NCBI GenBank assembly: GCA_030390025.1
Contig: CM059432.1
Span: 1,550,001-1,614,000 of the forward strand
Reading direction: 5' to 3'
Length of the DNA: 64,000 nt
Source of the DNA: Squalus acanthias
Lineage: Eukaryota
The notes below the pieces were generated by a model. That model was given only the letters and a program-made list of their open reading frames with translations, was not told the origin of the DNA and did no database searches. Each line of letters opens with the position of its first letter. The stretch's first letter is position 1. Shown piece after piece: positions 35,528 through 46,638 of the stretch. The translations under genes and the position numbers were made by a program.

Positions 35528-36365
35528 CAACAACAACTTGTATTTATCTAGCGCCTTTAACATAGTGAGACGTCCAAGGCGCTTCACGGGAGCGATTATC
35601 AAACAAAATTTGACACCGGATATACGGCACAGAAACGAGCCATTCGGCCCAACCAGTCCATGCCAATGTTTATTCTCCACTCGAGCCTCCTCCCGTCTTT
35701 CCTCATCTTTGACACCGAGCCACATAAGAAGATATTAGGACGGGTGGAGGTGGGTTTGAAGGAGCATCTTCAAGGAAGAGAGAGAGAGGCGGAGAGGTTC
35801 CACTTCAGCTCATCCGCTGCTGAAACCCTCATCCCTGCCTTTGTTACCTCTGGACTTGACTATTCCAACACACTCCCGGCCGGCCTCCCACATTCCACCC
35901 TACGTAAACTTGAGGTCATCCAAAGTTCGGCTGCCCGTGTCCTAACTCGCTCCAAGTCCCGCTCACCCATCTCCCCTGTGCTCGCTGACCTACAGTGGCT
36001 CCCGATTTTAAAATTCTAATCCTCGTCTTCAAATCCCTCCATGGCCTCGCCCCCCTCCCTATCTCTAACCTCCTCCAGTCCTACAACCCTCCGAGATCTC
36101 TGCGCTCCTCTAATTCTGGCCTCTTGAGCATCCCCGATTTATAATCGCTCCACCATTGGCGGCCGTGCCTTCAGCTGCCTGGGCCCTAAGCTCTGGAATT
36201 CCCTGCCTAAACCTCTCCGCCTCTCTCTCCTCCTTTTAAGATGTTCCTTAAAACCTCCCTCTTTGACCAAGCTTTTGTCCTAATATCTCCTTATGTGGCT
36301 CGGTGTCATATTTTGTCTGATAATCGCTCCTGTGAAACGTGCTATATAAATACAAGCTGTTGTTG
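35528..36365. mobile_element. Two L2 fragments in opposite orientations
   Basis: Minus-strand tail at 35528; plus-strand AETLIPAFVTSGLDYSN...LADLQWLP and tail at 36365. Confidence 0.78.
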
Positions 36366-36589
36366 AGCGTCCTATCTTCCTGCTAGCTAAAATGGCTCTG
36401 AACTCTCAACAAACGCTTAGTGATTATATTGTATAAATGTGTGGTCTTAATCATTTAAGTGCCTTAAAGTACCATTTAAGTTGTTTAACTAATAACCTGT
36501 TTTCATTTCAGTGCTATGAAAAGGCCTCTAATTATTTTAGCACCTTTCACATTGGTGTGGGTGGCACCATGAAATCCACCGTAGGAGTG

Positions 36590-38480
36590 GGAGGCCATTC
36601 GGCCCATCGTGCCTGTGCCGGCTCTGTGAACGAGCTCTCCAATTAGTCCCACTCCCCCTGCTCTCTTTCCCCACAGCCCTGCAAATTTCTCTTTTTCAAG
36701 TATTTATTCAATTCCCCTTTTGAAAGTTATTATTGAATCTGCTTCCACCGCCCTTTCAGGCAGCGCATTCCAGATCACAACAACTCGCTGCGTTATATAA
36801 AAAAAAATAAAAAATTCTCCTCCTCTCTCCCTCTGGTTCTTTTGCCAATTATCTTAAATCTGTGTCCTCTGGTTACCAACCCTCCTGCCAGTGGAAATAG
36901 TTTCTCCCTCTCTACTCTATCAAAACCCTTCATAATTTTATCATAGAATCATAGAAAGTTACAGCACGGAAGGAGGCCATTTCGGCCCATCGTGTCCGCG
37001 CCGGCCAACAAAGAGCTATCCAGTCTAATCCCACTTCCCAGCTCTTGGTCCGTAGCCCTGCAGGTTACAGCATCCCAAGTGCACATCCAAGTACTTTTTA
37101 AATGTGGTTAGGGGTTTCTGCCTCTACCACCCTTTCAGGCAGTGAGTTCCAGACCCCCACAACCCTCTGGGTGAAGAAATTTCCCCTCACATAGAAACAT
37201 AGAAGATAGGAGCAGGAGTAGGCCATTCGGCCCCTCGAGCCTGCTCCGCCATTTAATGAGATCATGGCTGATCATCCAAATTCAGTACCCTGTCCCTGCT
37301 TTCTCCCCATATCCCTTGATCCCTTTAGCCTTAAGAAATACAGTATATCTAACTCCTTCTTGAATATATTTAATGAATTGGCCTCAACTGCCTTGTGTGG
37401 TAGAGAATTCCACAGGTTTACCACTCTCTGGGTGAAGAAATTCCTCCTCATCTCTGTCCTAAATGGCTTACCCCTTATCCTTAGACTGTGACCCCTGGTT
37501 CTGGACTCCCCCGCCATCGGGAACATCCTTCCTGCATCTAGTCTGTCTAGTCCTGTTAGAATTTTATAAGTTTCAATGAGATTCCCTCTCATTCTTCTAA
37601 ACTCCAGCAACTATAAGCCCAATCGACCCAATCTCTCCTCATATGTCATTCCTGCCATCCCAGGTATCAGTCTGGTGAATCTTCGCTGCACTCCCTCCAT
37701 GGCAAGAACATCCTTCCTCAGATAAGGCGACCAAAACTGCACACAATACTCAAGGTGTGGTCTCACCAAGGCCCTGTACAACTGTAGCAAGACATCCTTG
37801 CTCCTGTACTCTAATCCTCTCGCTATGAAGGCCAACATACCATTTGCCTTCTTAACCGCCTGCTGCACCTGCATGCTTACCTTCAGCGACTGGTGCACAA
37901 GGACACCCAGGTCTCGTTGCACTTCCCCTTCTCCCAATCTATTGCCATTCAGATAATAATCTGCCTTCCTGTTTTTGCTACCAAAGTGGATAACGTCGCA
38001 TTTATCCACATTATACTGCATCTGCCATGCATCTGCCCAATCACCCAACCTGTCCAAATCATACTGGAGTTTCTCGGCATCCTCCTCACAGCACACACGC
38101 CCACCCAGCTTTGTGTCGTCTGCAAACTTGGAGATATTACATCTAGTTCCCTCGTCTGGATCATTAATATATATTGTGAATATATTGTAAATCCCCTCTT
38201 AACCTTCCGCCAATTACTTTAAATCTGTGCCCCCTGGTTTTTGACCCCTCTGCTAAGGGAAATAGGTCCTTTCTATCCACTTTATCTAGGCCCCTCATAA
38301 TTTTATACACCTCAATAAGGTCTCCCCTCAGCCTCCTCTGTTCCAAGGAAAACAGACCCAGCCTATCCAGTCTTTCCTCATAGCTAAGATTCTCGACTCC
38401 CGGCAACATCCTTGTAAATCTCCTCTGTACCCTCTCTAGTGCAATCACATCTTTCCTGTAATGTGGTGACCAGAACTGCA
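36590..38480 (-). mobile_element. Cluster of nested minus-strand CR1 fragments (36939-38480 interrupted by ~37191-38189)
   Basis: ORFs 37272-37610, 37611-38096 and 38164-38481 are all CR1 ORF2; several ATAGAA/CATAGAA tails. Confidence 0.85.
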
Positions 38481-39178
38481 AGCTTTAAATCTAAACATTT
38501 TAAAATATAATATCTAATCATTTTCATGGTTAATAGCTAAGGAATCTTGAAATGTGACAAGGCCTCCATTCTGGATTGTTATTCAGAATTTAAAATCAGC
38601 AATTTCAGAACAATTGGGGTAGAAAATTTGCAGGGCTGTGGGGAGTGGGACTAATTGGAGAGCTCTTTCAAAGAGCAGGCACGATGGGCCGAATGGCCTC
38701 CTTCTGTGCTGTACGATTCTGTGAAATTTGTATAAGAACATAAGAATTAGGAGCAGGAGTCGGCCTATTCGGCCCCTCGAGCCTGCTCACCCACTCAATA
38801 AGATCATGGCTGATCATCGACATCAACTCCACTTTCCCACCCGATCTCCATATCCCTCGATTCCCCTAGAGTCCAAAAATCTATCGATCTCAGCCTTGAA
38901 TATACTCAACGACTGAGCCTCCACAGCCCTCTGGGGCAGAGAATTCCAAAGATTCGCCACCCTCTGAGTGAAGAAATTTCTCCTCATCTCAGTCCTAAAT
39001 GGCTGACCCCTTATCCTGAGTCTGTGACCCCTGGTTCTAGACTCCCCAGCCAGGGGGATACAGCCTCTCAGCAGCTACCCTGTCAAGCCCTCCAAGAGTG
39101 ACTGCAGTAGCACAATGCATGTAACAGAAATGCAGTTTTACATGTGACTCAGTACGTGACTCTTCTGTCATCTTGCAG

Positions 39179-39273
39179 ATGAACAACTTCCGCCAGTGAC
39201 CCATGGGGAGCCGATCACCGATCGGAGGAGTACGTTCCAGGCACACCTCGCTCCTGCAGTGACGCCAAAACAG
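39179..39273 (+). CDS. IMPACT: IMPACT coding exon 7 (D-EQLPPVTHGEPITDRRSTFQAHLAPAVTPKQ)
   Basis: TTGCAG acceptor, GTTTGT donor; 95 nt; signature HGxPITDRRSTFQAHLA of the ancient domain. Confidence 0.97.
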
Positions 39274-40895
39274 GTTTGTGCCAGTGGGAATTGACGAGAG
39301 AAGGGAGTTCCAGGAATTCAGAAAATCTTACTTTATTTAACTATGCTAGTTGATTTGCAAAAAAAAAATAGCAAAGAGCATATGTACTTGAAAAGGAAAA
39401 TACGCAGGGTCGGTAACCAGGGGACACAGATTTAAGGTTATTGTCATAAGAATATAAGAATTAGGAGCAGGAATAGGCCACTTGGCCCCTCGAGCCTGCT
39501 CTGCCATTCAATAAGATCATGGCTGATCTTCTACCTAATCTCCACTTTCCTGCACTATCCCCATATCCCTTGATTCCCTTAATATTCAAAAATCCATCGA
39601 TCTCAGCCTTGAATATGGGGTAGAGAATTCCTAAGATTCACCACCCTCCGAGTGAAGAAATTTCTCCTCATCTCAGTCCTTAGTGTCCAACCCTTTATCC
39701 TGAGACTGTGACCCCTGGTTCTAGACTCCCCAGCCAGCGAGTTGTTGTGATCTGGAGCGCGCTGCCTGAAAGGGCGGTGGAAGCAGATTCAATAGTAACT
39801 TTCAAAAGGGAATTGGATAAATACTTGAAGGGGAAAAATTTGCAGGGCTATGGGGAAAGTGGGACTAATTGGAGAGCTCTTTCAAAGAGCCGGCACAGGC
39901 ACGATGGGCTGAATGGCCTCCTTCTGTGCTGATCTCTCACGGTATTGTTTATTGGATAGTTGGGAGGTGACGTTTTGTAAGGCAGTTGAAATTGGTGTGG
40001 CATTGCTCATAAGTGAGACGGCAGGGTTTGTGGCGAGAGATTAATGTAAGAATTGAAGAGGTTTGAGGGGATTTGAAGCGGGTTGGGAAAGTGAGGCGTG
40101 GTGCGATGTTGGAAAGGAAAGTATTGGGGTTTTGTCGCGATACTTGGGGTAAAGTAGTGAAGAGAGAGGGGGGGGCAGTGAGCAGTTGAGGAGGTGGATG
40201 AAGTAATGGTACGGTGCAACATAGGAACAGGAAGAGGCCATTCAGCCCCTTGAGCCTGTTAAAGTCAATTAGATCATGGCTGATCTGTACATAAGAAACA
40301 GGAGCAGGAATAGGCCACTTGACCCCTCGAGCCTGCTCCGCCATTCAATAAGATCATGGCTGATCTTGGGCTCAAAGCCACTTCCCCGCCCGCTCCCCAT
40401 AACCCTTCACTCCCTTATCTTGCAAACATCTGTCTATCTCCACCTTAAATGTATTTAATGACCCAGCCTCCACAGCTCTCTGGGGCAGAGAATTCCACAG
40501 TTTTACAACCCTCAGAAGAAATTCCTCCTCATCTCAGTTCTAAAAGGGCGACCCTTTATTCTGAGACTGTGCCCCCGAGTTCTAGATTTCCCCACGAGGG
40601 GAAACATCCTCTCTGCATCTACCTTGTCGAGCCCCCTCAGTATCTTATATGTTTCAATAAGATCACCTCTCATTCTTCTAAATTCCAATGAGTATAGGCC
40701 CAACCTGCTCAACCTTTCTTCATAAGTCAACCCCCTCATCTCAGGAACTAACCTAGTGAATCGGTGTGGCTGTATCTTGACTCCATGTACCCGCCTTGGT
40801 TCCGTAACCCTTAATAATCCTAATGGAGGGATTTTAACACACGGACGAAAATGTTAAATTTGAGGTGTTGCTGAATCAGGAGCCAGTGTCGGTCC

Positions 40896-41650
40896 GCGAG
40901 CACTGGGGCGTTATGCGAATGGGACTGGTTGCGAGCACTGGGGCGTTAGCGAATGGGACTGGTTGCGAGCACTGGGGCGTTAGCGAATGGGACTGGTTGC
41001 GAGCACTGGGGCGTTAGCGAATGGGACTGGTTGCGAGCACTGGGGTGTTATGCGAATGGGACTGGTTGCGAGCACTGGGGCGTTAGCGAATGGGACTGGT
41101 TGCGAGCACTGGGGCGTTAGCGAATGGGACTGGTTGCGAGCACTGGGGTGTTAGCGAATGGGACTGGTTGCGAGCACTGGGGCGTTAGCGAATGGGACTG
41201 GTTGCGAGCACTGGGGCGTTAGCGAATGGGACTGGTTGCGAGCACTGGGGTGTTATGCGAATGGGACTGGTTGCGAGCACTGGGGCGTTAGCGAATGGGA
41301 CTGGTTGCGAGCACTGGGGCGTTAGCGAATGGGACTGGTTGCGAGCACTGGGGTGTTAGCGAATGGGACTGGTTGCGAGCACTGGGGCGTTATGCGAATG
41401 GGACTGGTTGCGAGCACTGGGGTGTTATGCGAATGGGACTGGTTGCGAGCACTGGGGCGTTAGCGAATGGGACTGGTTGCGAGCACTGGGGCGTTAGCGA
41501 ATGGGACTGGTTGCGAGCACTGGGGCGTTAGCGAATGGGACTGGTTGCGAGCACTGGGGTGTTATGCGAATGGGACTGGTTGCGAGCACTGGGGCGTTAT
41601 GCGAATGGGACTGGTTGCGAGCACTGGGGTGTTAGCGAATGGGACTGGTT
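40896..41650. repeat. 34/35-bp minisatellite, 22 units, GCGAGCACTGGGG(C/T)GTTA(T)GCGAATGGGACTGGTT, derived from an L2 fragment
   Basis: Direct count (15 units of 34 plus 7 of 35 = 755 bp); both flanks continue as L2 sequence. Confidence 0.95.
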
Positions 41651-41956
41651 GCAAGTTAGGATATGGGCAGCAGAGTTTATGAATGAGCTCAAGTGAGCTA
41701 AATAAGTTAACATGAGTTAAATGACTTCGAGGTATTTCACATTGTTGGTTTACGGTCTAATATTTGTATAACTAGAGTTCACTTTATATAATATGGTAAT
41801 CACCAAATCCAGAAATTAAAATCTACAACAGTCGATGTTGCCCTTGCACTGTTAACTCACCATTGCTCAAACATTATTGAGCACTAATTCAGTGAAAACC
41901 TTGTGAAGAATTCTCAGTGAATTAAGACACTTTCCACACATCCTTTATCATACGTT

Positions 41957-42286
41957 AAAAGAAAAACTTGCATTTCTATAGCGTCTTTCACGACCTCTGG
42001 ACGTCCCAAAGCACTTTACAGCAAATGAAGTACTTTTGAAGTGTAGTCACTGTTGTAATGTGGGAAACGCAGCAGCCAATTTGTGCACAGCAAGCTCCCA
42101 CAAACAGCAATGTGCTAATGACCAGATAATCTGGGTTTTTTTAAGTGATGTTGGTGGAGGGATGAATAATTGCCATGTCACAGGGGATAACTGCCCTGCC
42201 CTTCTTTGAAATAGTGCCGTGGGATCTTTTACGTCCACCTGAGAGAGCAGACGGGGCCTCGGTTTAACGTCTCATCCGAAAGACGT
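41957..42286 (-). mobile_element. DeuSINE 3' half, truncated just before the 33-bp unit
   Basis: Tail and Deu domain up to CTCATCCGAAAGACG. Confidence 0.85.
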
Positions 42287-44059
42287 TTTAATCAGATGAC
42301 TCCGCCTAATTGACTCTCACAATATGGAAGAGACCGAAACGCACGTTACTCAAAACAACCGGGATCTAACCACCAATTTGAGGAAATCAGCTGAAGGAAA
42401 ACATTCTTTTGTGGCTTTCAGCCCCAGGCTAAGCTTCCGGCCCCGCGTCCTCTCCATCACCAAGACCGCCTACTTCCACCTCTAATATCGCCCCTCTCCG
42501 CCCCGGCCTCAGCCCATCCGATGCTGGATCCCTCGTCTGTGCCCTTTGTCACCTCCGGACGTTGCTGTTCCCAGGCTCTCCCGTCATCCGTTCTCCATAA
42601 ACGTCAGCTCATCCGGAGCTCTGCTGCTTTTATTCCAGCCGGCACCAAGTCCTGCTCACCCACCGCTCCTGGCCTGGCCTGGCCTTCTATGCCTGTGCAG
42701 TCCACATCCTCACAACTGTCCCAAGAATGTATTTTTTTCTGGTTTCACTTTTAACTAACTTAAGAGAGAAGAACTGTGCATTTACATCGTGTCTTGTCAT
42801 GTCCTTGGGATGTGGCCAGGTGCTTTATAGAATCATAGAATGGTACAGCACAGAAGGAGGCCATTCGGCCCATCGTGCCTGTGCCGGCTCTTTCAAAGAG
42901 CTCTCCAACTAGTCCCACTCCCCCCTGCTCTTTCCCCAGAGGCCCTGCAAATTACAATTAACTTCTCTTTGGAGATGTGTCCATAAACAAAGACCTTCCT
43001 CATCAATAATTGAAAACATTTCATCATCTCTTAACTCATTAGAAAAAGATTTATTCGACCGATGAAATGCTTTTTGAAGAGTTTGTTGAAATATTAAATA
43101 CCCAAAGGTTCCACGGGAGCCTTCCCAGGTCGTAGAATGACGCAGCGCAAAAAAGGAGGCCATTCGGCCCATCGTGCCTGTGCCGGTTCTTTGGTAAAGC
43201 TATCCCATTAATTCCACTCCCCCCCCCCCCCCCCCCCCACCACCCTCCCCTGCTCTTTCCCCACAGCCCTGCAAGTTTTTCCCCTTCATGTATTTCTCCA
43301 ATTCCCCTTTTGAAAGTTACTATTGAATCTGCTTCCACCGCCCTTTCAGGTCATTGCAACGCGCTGCGTTTAAAAAAACAAATTCCGCTCGTCTCGCCTT
43401 TACATCCAGTTACTTAAATTTCAAGTATAGTCACCGTTACGTAGGCAAACGCAACAGCCTATTTGGTTTGCACAGCGAGATCCCACGAACAGCAAAATGA
43501 GGTGAATGGCTAGTTTTAAAAAGCGCACATGTTTTGGTTTGGTGGTAGCTGAGGGGAGAATATTGGCCGGCACGCCAGGAGAACTCTAAACCAGCTTTAA
43601 ACTCCAGCTGCGCCGCCGTTATTGGAGAAAGGCCCGTGAGGCAGCAGCCAATCCCGAAAGGTTTACTTATTTTCTCGGGCCTGCGCTGCGGAATTGCTGC
43701 CACAGCCTCAAAGGGATTAAAAAAACCCCCGTGAGGTATTTTCAGGGAAAATCAGAATCTCGCCAGCAGCTACCAAGGGCACGTAACGCACGCAGCATTC
43801 CTCGGGCATCTCTTCCGCAAACCTGAAACCTTCGGGGAAATCTAAGGTTCAGCATCTTTTTGACACTCCAGATTTATTGAGATTTTCATCCTCGGCCGCA
43901 TGGGAGACTGGGGAGGTTTTTTTTTAATTGTTCTTTAACGCTCATCATTCCATTATGCTATTATATGTGGTAGCCGACTCCTGCTCCTGTGTATTATGTT
44001 CTTATCAGTGCACTGGCAGAGATGTAGGCGTTTTGAAAGTGGAAGTTTAGGTACTGTTT

Positions 44060-44693
44060 ATAGAATCGCAGAATCTTACAGCACTGAAGGAGGCCCATCA
44101 GCCCATCGTGCCTGTCCCGGCTCTTTGAAAGAGCTCTCCAATTAGTCCCACTCCCCACCCCCCCCTGCTCTTTCCCCATAGCCCTGCAAATTTTTCCTTT
44201 TCAAGTATTTACCCAATTCCCCTTTTGAAAGTTATTATTGAATCTGCTTCCACCGCCCTTTCAGGCAGCGCATTCCAGATCTCAACAACTCGCTGAGTTT
44301 AAAAAAAAAAAAAAAAAAAAAATTCTCCTCATTTTCTCTCTGGTTTTTTTGCCAATTATCTTCAATCTGTGCCCTCTGGTTACTGACCCTCCTGCCACTG
44401 GAAACAGTTTCTCCTCATTTACTCCATCAAAACCCTCCATAATTTTGAACACTCCTGTTAAATCCCCCCTTAACCCTTCTCTGCTCTAAGGGGAACAATC
44501 CCAGCTTCTCCAGTCTCTCTACATAACTGAAGCCCCTCATCCCTGGCACCATTCTAGTAAATCTCCTCTGCACCCTCTCCAAGGCCTTGACATCCTCCCT
44601 AAAGTGCGGTGCCCAGAATTGGACACAATACTCCAGCTGAGGCCTAACCAGTGATTCATAAAGGTTTAGCATAACTTCCCTGCTTTTGTACTC
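44060..44693 (-). mobile_element. CR1 LINE 3' fragment
   Basis: [29 protein letters not shown]. Confidence 0.87.
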
Positions 44694-44714
44694 ATTTACA
44701 CACATAACTACTAC

Positions 44715-45840
44715 AACAACAACAACTTGTATTTATATAGCGCATTTAACGCAGTAAACCTCCCAGGGTGCTTCACAGGAGCGTGCTCAAACAAAATTTG
44801 ACACCGAGCCACATAAGGAGACATTAGGACAGGGAAAGAGGTCGGTTTTAAGGAGCGTCTTAAAGGAGGAGAGAGAGGCGGAGAGGTTTAGGGAGAGATT
44901 TCCAGAGCTTGGGGCCCAGGCAGCTGAAGGCACGGCCACCAATGGTGGAGCGATTTAAACTTGCCAGAATTGGAGGAGTGCAGATATCTTGGAGGGTTGT
45001 GGGACTGGAGGAGATTACAGAGATAGGGAGGGGCGAGGCCACGGAGGGGTTTGAAAACAAGGATGAGAATTTTAAAATCGAGGCGTTGCTTAACTGGGAG
45101 CCAATGTAGGTCAGCGAGCACAGGGGTGATGGGTGAACGGGACTTGGTGCGAGTTAGGACATGGGCGGCCGAGTTTTGGATGAGGTGACGTTTACGGAGG
45201 GTAGAATGTGGGCGGCCAGCCAGGAGTGCGTTGGAATAGTCAAGTCTAGAGGTAACAAAGGCATGGATGAGGGTTTCAGCAGCAGATGAGCTGAGGCAAG
45301 GGGCGGAGTCGGGCGATGTTCCAGAGGTGGAAAAATGCGGTTGGTAGCTTATCTTGCGGTCAAATACGACACCAAGGTTGTGAGCAGTCTGGTTCAGCCT
45401 CGGAAAGTTGCCAGGGAGAGGGATGGAGTCGGTGACCAGGGAACGGAGTATGTGACGGGGACCGAAGACGATGGCTTCGGTCTTCCCAATATTTAATTGG
45501 AAGAAACTTCTGCTCATCCAGTACTGGATGTCGGACAAGCAGTCTGACAATTGAGACAGTGGAGGGGTCGAGAGAAGAGGTAGAGCTGGGATGTTGTCAG
45601 CGCACATGTACATTTCGGATGATGTTGCCGAGGGGCAGCATGTAGATGAGAAATAGGAGGGGACCAAGGATAGATCCTTGGGGGACCCCCAGAGGTAACG
45701 GTGCGGGGTTGGGAAGAGAAGCCATTGCAGGTGATTCTCCGGCTACAACAGGCTGGATAAGAATGGAACCGGGCGAGTGCAGTCCCACCCAGCTGGACGA
45801 GGGAGGCGAGTGGTTAGAGGAGGTTGGTGTGGTCAGCCAG
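44715..45840 (-). mobile_element. L2-type LINE ORF2 3' region
   Basis: GVPQGSILGPLLFLIYMLPLG; FFQLNIGKTEAIVFG; AETLIHAFVTSRLDYSN. Confidence 0.9.
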
Positions 45841-46079
45841 GTCGCGATGGACGAAGAGGGCTAGTTTACCAAGGTCACAGCCATAAGTTGAAAAACATCC
45901 CAAGTCACTTGAGAGCAAGGAAAAATGGTTGCTGATCCAAAGGAGGAGCGATCAAAAGCTCTGTTGAAGAGGAGGGTTTGAAAGGAAGAGGGGCAAGGTG
46001 GAGGTCTTTAGGGAGGGAATTTCAGAGCATGGGGTCTTGGCAGCTGTAGGCACGGCCGCCAATGCCAGGGTGAGGGGGG

Positions 46080-46638
46080 ATGGAGAGGTACCACCAACGC
46101 TGCCTCCGCAAGATCCTACAAATCCATTGGCAAGATAGGCGCACCAGTGTCGGTGTTCTCGCTCAGGCCAACATCCCCAGCATCGAAGCTTTGACCACGC
46201 TCGATCAGCTCCGATGGACGGGTCACATCGTCCGCATGTCCGATACGAGACTCCCAAAACAAGTGCTCTACTCGGAGCTCCGGCACAGCAAGAGAGCCCC
46301 AGGTGGGCAGAATAAACGCTTCAAGGGCACCCTCAAAGCCTCCTTGGAAAAAGTGCAACATCCCTGGCCCAAGACCGTACAAAGTGGAGGAGAAGCATCC
46401 GGGAATGTGCCGAACACCTCGAGTCTCTTCGCCGGGAGCAAGCGGAAGCCAAGCGCAGGCAACGCAAGGAGCGCACGTCAACCCAAGCACCCCACGCACC
46501 CGCCCCTTCAACCACCGTCTGCCCCACCTGTGACAGAGACTGCAGGTCCCGCATTGGACTCATCAGTCACCTGAGAACTCATTGTTAGTGTGGAAGCAAG
46601 TCATCCTCGGTTCTGAGGGACTGCCTAAGAAGAAGAAG
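46080..46638 (+). mobile_element. RTE-clade LINE 3' fragment inserted in an older L2
   Basis: ERYHQRCLRKILQIHWQDRRT...QLRWTGHIVRM; (AAG)n tail. Confidence 0.87.
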
